Positions 28,401 to 36,067 of a DNA stretch of 64,000 nucleotides are shown here, one piece after another. Below the pieces are notes generated by a model. It did no database searches. It was not told the DNA's origin and was given only the letters and a program-made list of their open reading frames with translations. A program made the position numbers and the translations under genes. The stretch comes from a bacterium. Lineage in GTDB: Bacteria > Patescibacteriota > Microgenomatia > Curtissbacterales > GWA2-41-24. The stretch spans positions 7,941-71,940 of the forward strand of contig JAKALT010000004.1 in the NCBI GenBank assembly GCA_021813125.1. The letters run 5' to 3'. The stretch's first letter is position 1. Each line of letters begins with the position of its first letter.

Positions 28401-30205
28401 ACGGAGGCACTAATAGACCATGTTGATGGTGTTGGTGATGGTGGAGGGGGCGCGCCAATTGTTACGGTTCCGGAAAGACCTGAGGCATCAATTGAGGTGA
28501 TTGAGATTGTTACACCGTTTGTGGGGTCGGAAAAGCTAGTACCGGGTTTAAAAGCGGCATCTATTAAATCTGTCCAGTCATTTGGGTCAGCTGATGTGGA
28601 ATCTGGTGTTGAGTCTATTAAATAACTGTGGATATCCCCTGGTTGGTTAAAACGAATTAGGGCGCCGTTTTGTCCCGCAGATGGAATTCCTGTATCTAAT
28701 CCAGTAGGTTGCCGCCATTCCACATAGTACCAGGATACAGTTCCCCCCATAGGTTCGGTGATCCTGGGTACTTTGATAACATTAATGCAGCTGGTACTTT
28801 CGAAAGGACACAGACGAAATGGGCTTGAACTGGTGATAGTTTGTGTATTTCCACTATTGAGCCACCCATAAATATCCTTGTGAGGAGCGTCCACATCGAA
28901 AACATCAACTCCCATTACAGAATAAAGACCGTTGTATTCCTGGGTTGTGCATCCTGTTGTGGTATATATTGCCGAGCCACAATCCCAGTCATTTGAATGG
29001 TCAGCACCTAGCTGGTGGCCAATTTCGTGTGTGAGGCCATGATTGCCAAAATTTTGATTACCGAAAGGGGTGACATAAGCACCATTAGTGGAAGATGTGA
29101 AACCTATGGTAACAGATTTTGTACCTGTGGAATCGACGATGGGGTACGTGACGGGAGGCATCCATGCAAACCCAAGTGAGGTATTGCAGTTAACTACGAA
29201 ATGTACATGTCCATATTGGGTAAAATCGACGCTTGCTGTTGAGGCATTGATGAAGTCAGGGATTTGGGTCCATAGTGCTACCGGATCATTATTACAACTG
29301 GTCCCTACATTTAATGGGATATTAAACCAACCGTATACGTCAGGTTGAATGTCTAGCTGGCCATTAGAGGAGGCTAAAAAAAAATTTTTCATAAAATTGA
29401 CATAACCTTCAACGTCGGTTTTTGAGCCATTTGGATATTCAGGAGGCTGGTCTTGCCAACGAACTAAAATAACGGCTACCTTTTGAGGGCCTGTGGAGAT
29501 AGATGTTCCCTGAACATTGCTTGTTTTGGAGTCTTTTACCAATACAGTGTTGTCCCACTTATAACCATCAACAGAAATTCTTGCTCCGTTTTGGTTAGGT
29601 TCATCAACGAACTTTAGAAGGTAAACTTCTTTCGGGCTTTGTTGGAGCATGTTTACTCTTTGAGGTTTCTCGTTGGCCTTTTCTATATATGTTTGAAGCA
29701 GAGTTCCTTCCTTGTTGAACGATTGTTCCAAGTCGTTTGGAGCTAAATCCTGAATAGGCTTGCGTTCGGCGTCGGGGATTGACAAGGCTAAGGCTTCGGA
29801 TATTTTATCTTCCTTGATTAGGGATAAAACTTCTTTTTTACGAGCTGCTGCTGTTTCTTTTATTTTCGATTCTAAAGCTTCTTTTTCCTTCCCTTGTGAT
29901 TTTTCATACTTTTTAGCCAGGGAAACTAATTCGGAGGTATCTTTTTGAGCCTGGGTGACAGTTGATGGAGCTGGCGAAGGTTTATGTTTTAAAAGTTTAA
30001 AGCCGAATATTAAGACAGATATTATGGACACTAAAAGCAGGACAATTAGGCTTATCTTGCGGAGAAATTTGAAATTTGGTGGAGGTTTTTGCGGATTTGG
30101 CGGCTGGTTTTGGAATTTGGTACCGGGATTTTCACCAAGCTGATTTGCAGTCGGTGACTGGAGACCGCCATTTAATGTCCCTTCGAGGCTGAAAGGCGTG
30201 GCCAT
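25436..30205 (-). CDS. Large membrane-anchored metzincin-type metalloprotease fusion (M11/M6-like) with Ig-like and PT-rich regions
   Basis: N-terminal TM, HEIGHQLGADHS (HExxHxxGxxH), Met-turn SVMG, YYVEWRQPTGLD, (PT)n linkers. Likely start MATPF at 30205 (the ORF track gives 30241). Confidence 0.8.
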   Translation of the reverse strand: MATPFSLEGTLNGGLQSPTANQLGENPGTKFQNQPPNPQKPPPNFKFLRKISLIVLLLVSIISVLIFGFKLLKHKPSPAPSTVTQAQKDTSELVSLAKKYEKSQGKEKEALESKIKETAAARKKEVLSLIKEDKISEALALSIPDAERKPIQDLAPNDLEQSFNKEGTLLQTYIEKANEKPQRVNMLQQSPKEVYLLKFVDEPNQNGARISVDGYKWDNTVLVKDSKTSNVQGTSISTGPQKVAVILVRWQDQPPEYPNGSKTDVEGYVNFMKNFFLASSNGQLDIQPDVYGWFNIPLNVGTSCNNDPVALWTQIPDFINASTASVDFTQYGHVHFVVNCNTSLGFAWMPPVTYPIVDSTGTKSVTIGFTSSTNGAYVTPFGNQNFGNHGLTHEIGHQLGADHSNDWDCGSAIYTTTGCTTQEYNGLYSVMGVDVFDVDAPHKDIYGWLNSGNTQTITSSSPFRLCPFESTSCINVIKVPRITEPMGGTVSWYYVEWRQPTGLDTGIPSAGQNGALIRFNQPGDIHSYLIDSTPDSTSADPNDWTDLIDAAFKPGTSFSDPTNGVTISITSIDASGLSGTVTIGAPPPPSPTPSTWSISASVSGNTVTFSHTPPNGNFGVWAAPNCDFTVPPAFDSGPLPIGSPNTTIWNSAPPGTYCGGLVYGFSVLAKTPNFTIGGPPPPGECNQINTGQYKLKDPPSISGTNANFTFENGSLSLPILSSQEVYLNIIDANTGLPATGGNIHVSGNSQIWNGYNGTFCAALTYFTAQISNAVRITLSSTPPTPTPNPTPTPPPPPKPEACSNAVQTDNLTDHYITDDKGNPQDPNFTFTIKGTGAPGSTVTAVTDPPNKQFTFTLDMSKLQAIFADNNSNYTEGRYQDPNHQQAPLTSVTTEDRDNFFGPNQKAGSKVLTNQLRVKYVNYVYNKPTLAESTSIITDVNGLNPHTIYDMVQKWGAPNPDSANFQSTWGPYWVKIPTAYNEYYEGKLEFKVGVGSDMITQIKNGGTCPVPFDSRPPITFIMPDTFRAAATTGITNMMLAPKIAQSTQNNLILQASTQGTQNVLAKIIKRCVFLASQNPLTKALKKVVSYLQIENIHPIKNAYAASDPTCVKVLGNGRSGTAPYCAVPAGQLPAGTCSQPNANDPNQLDPQNTNVVCNITFTFSKQMDLPTSGNGQWDSCAITAGIETCTATVSVWPVFRIPWIGEIWNHTLASDTAENIDGPNSIQKTGRPGVYAFFTPNLVLQSANQGQQDPLAAHLQDLLDQCKAGDCSGLLNWANLPESDNFPQIKKCVEDNLLNLPALKTCASLMAESIISGLTKKLPGQVGGASLGVSTSNVLGDTTGEGKQPLIGSTDCFKMFVRDMALKPLVLQHYQNIDTSCIPKPTMTPNPTTSPTPPPTPGPTPTPTPLPTLPPEATPTPTPKPTPTPTPKATPTPTPTPPNTSLNLSWGRPWGYAGFVDVNKKTSDCRSTSLSCSTPKFIFWPGSSLIFEVRVTDGTGPIIKSGGTRANADGSASMSWGWSYVAVVYPASFSSCSAAGSLCKTQTINDNSTLPQATFTGLQPSTTYQETVCAPNCGTGLVIFSSNKST

Positions 30206-30268
30206 ACAAACAGTGTACATTTGATATATAACGTGTGACAAGTGACATGGGATAATCGTGGGTAATCT

Positions 30269-30628
30269 CTAGCTTGTAAACCTTACGTTTGAGAGGTCAA
30301 ACCCCAGAAGATTTTGAAGAAGCAGAATTATAAGCCAGGAAACTACCACCAAAATAATGCCAATTAGGGCATAAGTCATGGTGTTTCTGGCTCCAGCCGT
30401 AGCTTTCGGGTCTCCTCCGGACATCAGAAACTGAAAACCGCCAACCAGCAACATAAAGAAAAAGGCAATCCCAGCAGCCGGGGCCAAAAGGCCAATGATG
30501 TTTTTTATAACGTTTACAATATCCGCCAATTGGGCAGGCGTGTTGGGATCGCCCGGAACTGTACAGCCCGACAATACAAGTGCCAAGGCCGAAAAGGCAA
30601 TGAAATGCCTCAGCTTGTTGAAAACCAT
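30269..30628 (-). CDS. TrbC/VirB2-type pilin
   Basis: Two hydrophobic helices flanking GGFQFLMSGGDPKATAGARNTMTYALIG; possible lipobox LSGC. Confidence 0.8.
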   Translation of the reverse strand: MVFNKLRHFIAFSALALVLSGCTVPGDPNTPAQLADIVNVIKNIIGLLAPAAGIAFFFMLLVGGFQFLMSGGDPKATAGARNTMTYALIGIILVVVSWLIILLLQNLLGFDLSNVRFTS

Positions 30629-31014
30629 TATGATCCAGCGACAGTTGGAATGGTTAATGATCCAGAGATGATTGTGACACCAAAGAATGTTTCAACAAGT
30701 TTGATGATTGCAAATGCCAGCAGAACGATAACCAAACCGATTAGGGCGGCTGTGATCATACCTCGTGCTCCGGCAACAGACTTTTCGTCTCCTCCTGCCG
30801 TGATCCACCTGAGACCACCGATCAAAAGGAAGATGAAGGCCAAAACGAAAGCGATCAAAAGAATGAACCTGATGACGGCTCTGACAATTTGGATGATGTC
30901 CGTGTTACCTTGAAGCTCACTTGGTACGATGTTTTGAGCAAAGACTGCCATTGGCAGAGTCATTGCTGCTGCTTGCAGTGCGGCGAAGCCGATTAATTTT
31001 TTAGCTTTTGACAT
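30628..31014 (-). CDS. TrbC/VirB2-type pilin (candidate major subunit)
   Basis: GGLRWITAGGDEKSVAGARGMITAALIG. Strong SD AAAGGAGGTG before ATG 31014; AVFA-Q signal cleavage site. Confidence 0.85.
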   Translation of the reverse strand: MSKAKKLIGFAALQAAAMTLPMAVFAQNIVPSELQGNTDIIQIVRAVIRFILLIAFVLAFIFLLIGGLRWITAGGDEKSVAGARGMITAALIGLVIVLLAFAIIKLVETFFGVTIISGSLTIPTVAGS

Positions 31015-31084
31015 ATTTTCACCTCCTTTCAAAGTAAGTTACTTGCGAATAAAGTCTAGAACAAAAACTCATTTTTGCGCCCTA

Positions 31085-31423
31085 TTATCTTGTCGGTAGC
31101 TGGAAGCCGCCGGAAACAATTGTGACGCCAAAAAAAGTCTCTACTAATTTGATTATAGCAAAGGCACCGAGGACTACAATCATGCCAATCAAGCCCCAAT
31201 AAATTTGTGCCCAGGCGGAGGAAACAGATTTGGAATCGCTCCCTGATGTTATGAAGCGAAAACCTGCCAGAATTATCCAGATAAAAGAGAGTATGAAGCC
31301 GCCAATTAAGAGCATCGATATTGAACCTCGAATTAATCCGGCGACAAAGTTGGAGGGATTGCCGCCTACTGTCGGGACACCGCCCGGAGGATTGATTGTA
31401 CCTAGTTGGGCAAGATTAGTCAT
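31085..31423 (-). CDS. TrbC/VirB2-type pilin
   Basis: AGFRFITSGSDSKSVSSAWAQIYWGLIG; C-terminus AFAIIKLVETFFGVTI shared with the neighbouring pilin. Confidence 0.8.
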   Translation of the reverse strand: MTNLAQLGTINPPGGVPTVGGNPSNFVAGLIRGSISMLLIGGFILSFIWIILAGFRFITSGSDSKSVSSAWAQIYWGLIGMIVVLGAFAIIKLVETFFGVTIVSGGFQLPTR

Positions 31424-32469
31424 TAGGTGATTGGTATATTAGACTGCAAAAAGTACTGTAAAATCCTGACTATCACAAAAGCCAAAACTATGACTGCAAT
31501 TCCAATGATAGCATAGGTTAAGGTACCCTTGGCGCTTGCAAGTTTTTTCTCATCACCTGAGGATGTTGCAAATTTAAAGCCTGCCAAAACAATGAAGAAA
31601 AGCGCTAAGGCACCTGCAAGGCTGACTAAGACTAACAGTACATCTGAGACAAGCTGCCCAAATGACCCAAAACGTTTAGCGGGTTGAAAAACGTCCATGA
31701 TATTGAAAGGCGGAGCAGGGTTGTCGGGGTTATTCCAGTTATTACAATTGTCGGGGGCGGTAAATGGGACAGTATTAGATATATCAACCCAGGCTAAACG
31801 TAGCACTGCCGTGTCTGCCCCTTTCTGGTGGGCAGTATAAGTGACAGAGGTGACACCATCGGGGATGATTGGGGAAGTATACCCAGCTCCCAAAACAGCC
31901 AGGGCACTATTGTGACCGGCACCAGGTGTACCGTCCTTTCTTGCAATAGAAAAAACAAAGTCGCAGCCGGCTGAACTTTGCAGAGCCAATGTGAAATTAA
32001 TTGCATCCCCCGGCGGCGGAGTAGGAGGAGGACCGCAGGTTGGTGCCGTGACGCTGGCCGGGGTTGGATAGGTATCGACAAGCCCATTCCAAATCCGCCA
32101 TTCATAGGTTACTCCGGGTGCGAACCCGCCTGACTCGTAGCTGAAAGGTCCTATCCCAATATTTGTTATTCCTGAAAGACCACCCCAGGTGTATGATGTG
32201 GTGGTTCCGGGGATATACTGACCTGGATGAGTGGCGTCCGGCCACGCTGCTCCTGGTTCTCTGACATCAAGATAATAATAACTGCTTATTTCGCTATCGT
32301 TCCATTCAAATTTGATAAACCCTGCATCCCCAAAGCATCCGGCTGTGGCAGTTAGATTGTAAGGAGTTGCAAAAACTGGTTTTGCTCCTTTTGCTAGGAA
32401 AACTGCAGCGAATACTAAGACGAAAGAAAATGAGATTAGGGTTTTTGCGAGTTTGCTATTAAGAAACAC
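31423..32469 (-). CDS. Exported beta-domain protein with C-terminal pilin domain
   Basis: Signal peptide, FN3/Ig-like region, C-terminal AGFKFATSSGDEKKLASAKGTLTYAIIG. Confidence 0.8.
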   Translation of the reverse strand: MFLNSKLAKTLISFSFVLVFAAVFLAKGAKPVFATPYNLTATAGCFGDAGFIKFEWNDSEISSYYYLDVREPGAAWPDATHPGQYIPGTTTSYTWGGLSGITNIGIGPFSYESGGFAPGVTYEWRIWNGLVDTYPTPASVTAPTCGPPPTPPPGDAINFTLALQSSAGCDFVFSIARKDGTPGAGHNSALAVLGAGYTSPIIPDGVTSVTYTAHQKGADTAVLRLAWVDISNTVPFTAPDNCNNWNNPDNPAPPFNIMDVFQPAKRFGSFGQLVSDVLLVLVSLAGALALFFIVLAGFKFATSSGDEKKLASAKGTLTYAIIGIAVIVLAFVIVRILQYFLQSNIPIT

Positions 32470-34963
32470 CGGTGCCTCCTAAAAATAGTTTATCGACAAT
32501 TTGCAAAACTGCAAAGGCAAGGATAATAACGGCGAGGCCAATAAGGGCGAAAATGAGTCGATTTCTCGCCGAGGCTGCCGCTTCCGGGTTGCCGGAAGAT
32601 GTTATGAATTGAATTCCTGAGATGACGATTATGATAATCGAGAGGAATCCGGCTATGCCAAATATGTATGGCAGAATTGCAGAAATTATTCCGCCGGGTG
32701 TTGCAAGCGCACAGTTTTTTATCGGCCCCTGGACTACGCCTGCACCTCCCGGGAAAGCAAGCCAGCCGCATTTGTTGTTTTGAGGCAAAGTAAAGTCGAC
32801 AACTCCTGACTCTTCTGACATAAAAACCACAACAACAGCTTGATGATGTCCGTTAGGTAGGGCATTGAAGCGGACAATACCGCCGCCTGCTGGGACCGGT
32901 TGGCTTAAGCCGTCAAGGTCTTTAATTGCGACAATGGCTTCACCGCCTATTCCGGGACAATTATCAGTTGGGCATTTTACATTAAAGATGGCATCGTTTC
33001 CGTTTATGACACTGGCAAGATACATGGTCCATTGGATGGCGTCGGTTTTGCAGGGAACGTCTATATTAACTGGGTTAGAAACTTGGTTTGCAGCATAGAT
33101 TATTTCCGCGGTGTAGCTGGCGGGTGTTGCCGGTGCGTCCCAGACGACGCTGGAGACATTTTCTGGTATCGAGATTTCCGCGCCGGTTTCGTTGATGTGG
33201 ATGACGCTACTTTTTCCGGAATTGGGTGAGATGCCGAAAATCACTTTGTACTCAAAGCAATTGGTAATTGAAAGTGTCCAGGTGTTGCCCGGGGGCGGGT
33301 TGACGGTAAAAAACTGGGTATTGGAAACTGCTACTCCGAATGCCAGCTGAGCGCAATAGTCGCCAACAGGCGGGAAGTTCCAAGTGACTTGAGTATTGCC
33401 CGATGCTATGGCGCCGCTATCAAACGGTCTTGGTAAAACACCCCAGTTACAGACGTCCCCGCTGCGTGGAGCAACAACAAGGGCAATATTGCCATTTGAT
33501 TCTGGGGTAAATGAAAATAGGACGGATAGTTGATTACTGGCAACATTTGGCGGGTCCAGATGCCAAGTTGCGACTGCTTTTACGGTGAGGGTGTTTGTTG
33601 CACCTACCGTAAGGGCACAAAGGTTTTTGGTGACATCGTCCCTCGCCCCAACGAGATAAGTTGTGTCGCTTGGCACATTAGGGGCTGTTAGCGGAATATT
33701 GCCAAGCCCGGTTCTGGTCCCACTACTTGGAGCCGAAAGGGAATCAATCGCAGCAAAGAATGTATGGGTTGAGTCACCACTTATGATTGAAACAGTTATG
33801 CTTCCCCCCTCGTCTACTGTTGTTGGAGAGAAATTGTAACTGCATGGGGTAGGCGGGTTGACGTTGATAACAACAGAATCGCTGGCGCTTCCGCCGGGCC
33901 CATTACAATTTAAAGTGTACGTGGTATCTATGATTAAGCTAGGTGTGGGTTGACCGGGTGATGACGTACCACTCCAACCTCCAGGAGATACGGAGCATGT
34001 TGTGGAGTTTGTTGAGGACCAGGTAAGAGTGGCAGTAGCACCATAGCTAATGGTTATGGGGCCATTGGAACCGTTAGCTTTAATATCGGCAGTTGGTGCT
34101 GGTGCAGTTACTGTTACCGAACACGTGGCATTTTGGGTACCGCTTGTGACAGTGACGGTTTTGGTCCCGGCAGTTGAATAATTCGTTGCAAAGTTCGAGC
34201 CAGACCCAGAAGATGGTGTCCCTCCGGGTGCTGACCAGCTGAATGTTCCGGTGCCTGCCGCGGCTGTGAAATTGGCGTTGACTCCAGTTGTAACTGTTTG
34301 TGTTGGCGGTGAACAGGTAGGTGCCGGAGGCGGGGCGACATTAACTGTGACGGAGGCCGTAGCAGTTCCACTGACATTGGTGCAGGTTAAGGTGAAGGTA
34401 GTTGTGGATATAAGGTTGCCGGTTGGTTGGGTACCGCTTGTGGCAACGGATGTGCCATTTAGAGTGCAGGTATCTGCGTTTGTTGAAGTCCAGGTTAAGT
34501 CTGTTGACGTGTTATATGGAATATTGGTGCTGGCTGCGGTTATGGAGACAGTTGGTACGGGAGGGGCGATGACGGTGATTGTGATACCGGTAGTTGGAGA
34601 ACAGATTTCCGGAAATGGGGTGAGGGGGTTTGATGTTCCGGCTACAACTAAGAATGATCCAGAATATGATCGTGGGTCACCAGCACCAAATAGATCATCA
34701 AGGTTTACTGTGGTGGTGAAGGAATTGCTGGGTGTATTAAAGTTTGTGGGAAAGAGACTGCTGTCATATTTAATTACGTAATCCACGTTTGGTTGGAGGT
34801 TTTGGACTGTTACATTAAAAGACCCATGGGCGACAACTTCCGTTGTTGAGACAATCAACTGACAGCCGGCTTGGGCTTCTATAGGTTTTGGAGAAGCGGC
34901 AAAAGGCAGCAATATGAGAACAAACGTAAACAAAACGGCAGCTAACTTCAGGAACAGTTTCAT
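32459..34963 (-). CDS. Large Ig/PKD-like repeat adhesin with C-terminal pilin domain
   Basis: Thr/Ser-rich repeats (LTWTSTNADTC / LTWSSTNSTTC, TFTLTC / TYTLNC), C-terminal SGIQFITSSGNPEAAASARNRLIFALIG. Confidence 0.8.
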   Translation of the reverse strand: MKLFLKLAAVLFTFVLILLPFAASPKPIEAQAGCQLIVSTTEVVAHGSFNVTVQNLQPNVDYVIKYDSSLFPTNFNTPSNSFTTTVNLDDLFGAGDPRSYSGSFLVVAGTSNPLTPFPEICSPTTGITITVIAPPVPTVSITAASTNIPYNTSTDLTWTSTNADTCTLNGTSVATSGTQPTGNLISTTTFTLTCTNVSGTATASVTVNVAPPPAPTCSPPTQTVTTGVNANFTAAAGTGTFSWSAPGGTPSSGSGSNFATNYSTAGTKTVTVTSGTQNATCSVTVTAPAPTADIKANGSNGPITISYGATATLTWSSTNSTTCSVSPGGWSGTSSPGQPTPSLIIDTTYTLNCNGPGGSASDSVVINVNPPTPCSYNFSPTTVDEGGSITVSIISGDSTHTFFAAIDSLSAPSSGTRTGLGNIPLTAPNVPSDTTYLVGARDDVTKNLCALTVGATNTLTVKAVATWHLDPPNVASNQLSVLFSFTPESNGNIALVVAPRSGDVCNWGVLPRPFDSGAIASGNTQVTWNFPPVGDYCAQLAFGVAVSNTQFFTVNPPPGNTWTLSITNCFEYKVIFGISPNSGKSSVIHINETGAEISIPENVSSVVWDAPATPASYTAEIIYAANQVSNPVNIDVPCKTDAIQWTMYLASVINGNDAIFNVKCPTDNCPGIGGEAIVAIKDLDGLSQPVPAGGGIVRFNALPNGHHQAVVVVFMSEESGVVDFTLPQNNKCGWLAFPGGAGVVQGPIKNCALATPGGIISAILPYIFGIAGFLSIIIIVISGIQFITSSGNPEAAASARNRLIFALIGLAVIILAFAVLQIVDKLFLGGTGVS

Positions 34964-35016
34964 CTCGGCTTAACTTAAATGTAGCATTTTTCGAAGATTG
35001 ACGCTAAAAGTAGCGA

Positions 35017-35946
35017 TTAAGAATTGTATACAAGCCCCGGTATAGGAACAATGGCAACACCTAAAAATTGCATAATTATCACGGAAAAGGCTATGAAAAG
35101 TGCTCCGGCTATGGCAGCGACGATCATTTCCCGGCCTCCCGACATTTTTTGAGGGTCGCCAGACGAAGTCATAACACGTATTGATCCGATGACCATAAGA
35201 ATTAAAGCGATGCCTCCCGATATACCGAGGGCAATGCGAAGAAGCGTTGTTGCAAAATCACCAATTTTAATAGGTATTGTGCCTATTGCTGTTTCGCACC
35301 CAGCCTTGCATGGGTTGAAACCTGCACTTGAAGTGCTACCAACGCTACCACTACCAATTCCATTTATAGGGTCTGCTATTGCAGCATAATGTTGGCACTG
35401 TGCAAGGTCGGTATAGGTACTGGGATATGAAGATACGCGGCATTGATAAGTATTGTTTGTATCCACATATATTTCATAATATGTGGTATCTGGAGGGTGA
35501 AAGTAGGGATCCTTGGAAGAATCATAAGGAATAGGGTCTGCGGTAGTACTCCCGCAATCGATCTCCTTTCCACTTATGAGTAGTTGCTTGTAATCAAAAG
35601 TATATGATCCACCGCTATATGGGATTTTGCCAGCAATTGAATAAGTTGTGCTTATTGCTGAATTGTAGGATATGTTTGTTATTTTAGTTTTACCTTTGTA
35701 TATTATTCCGAGCGAGTACCAGTCACCAGTATCGTAATAACCGGGGTTAGCTGCACCGGTCACCACAGCATTATTGAAAAAAAGCATGATCTGAGTTCCG
35801 TCTGAAGAAACCATGGAGAATACATAGGCAAGTTGACAAGTATCTGCTTGAGCATTTGGAGGTTTTATTAATACTGTTCCAAGGGTTAATAGAAAAATAA
35901 TGGCAAACGATAAAAAACCAGGAACAAACTTGAGGAGCAGTTTCAT
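35017..35946 (-). CDS. Variable-N-terminus protein with C-terminal pilin domain
   Basis: Signal peptide; C-terminal ETAIGTIP...GSIRVMTSSGDPQKMSGGREMIVAAIAG. Confidence 0.8.
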   Translation of the reverse strand: MKLLLKFVPGFLSFAIIFLLTLGTVLIKPPNAQADTCQLAYVFSMVSSDGTQIMLFFNNAVVTGAANPGYYDTGDWYSLGIIYKGKTKITNISYNSAISTTYSIAGKIPYSGGSYTFDYKQLLISGKEIDCGSTTADPIPYDSSKDPYFHPPDTTYYEIYVDTNNTYQCRVSSYPSTYTDLAQCQHYAAIADPINGIGSGSVGSTSSAGFNPCKAGCETAIGTIPIKIGDFATTLLRIALGISGGIALILMVIGSIRVMTSSGDPQKMSGGREMIVAAIAGALFIAFSVIIMQFLGVAIVPIPGLVYNS

Positions 35947-36000
35947 ACGCTTATCTCAAATGTAGCATTTTTGGAGCTTTACCGCTAAGTTGCCAGGATA

Positions 36001-36045
36001 AAGGTCAGGCCTTTGCTAAGGATCGCCCAAGTTAAGCCTGACCTT
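36001..36045. repeat. REPIN-like inverted repeat copy 5
   Basis: AAGGTCAGGCCTT-N19-TAAGCCTGACCTT. Confidence 0.85.
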
Positions 36046-36067
36046 AGCTTTTGATATGGCTCCGATT

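Noticed and set aside
11523-36045. Repeat-spacer-repeat units as CRISPR mini-arrays
   Set aside because: The arms are inverted rather than direct, the copies are kilobases apart, and there are no cas genes.
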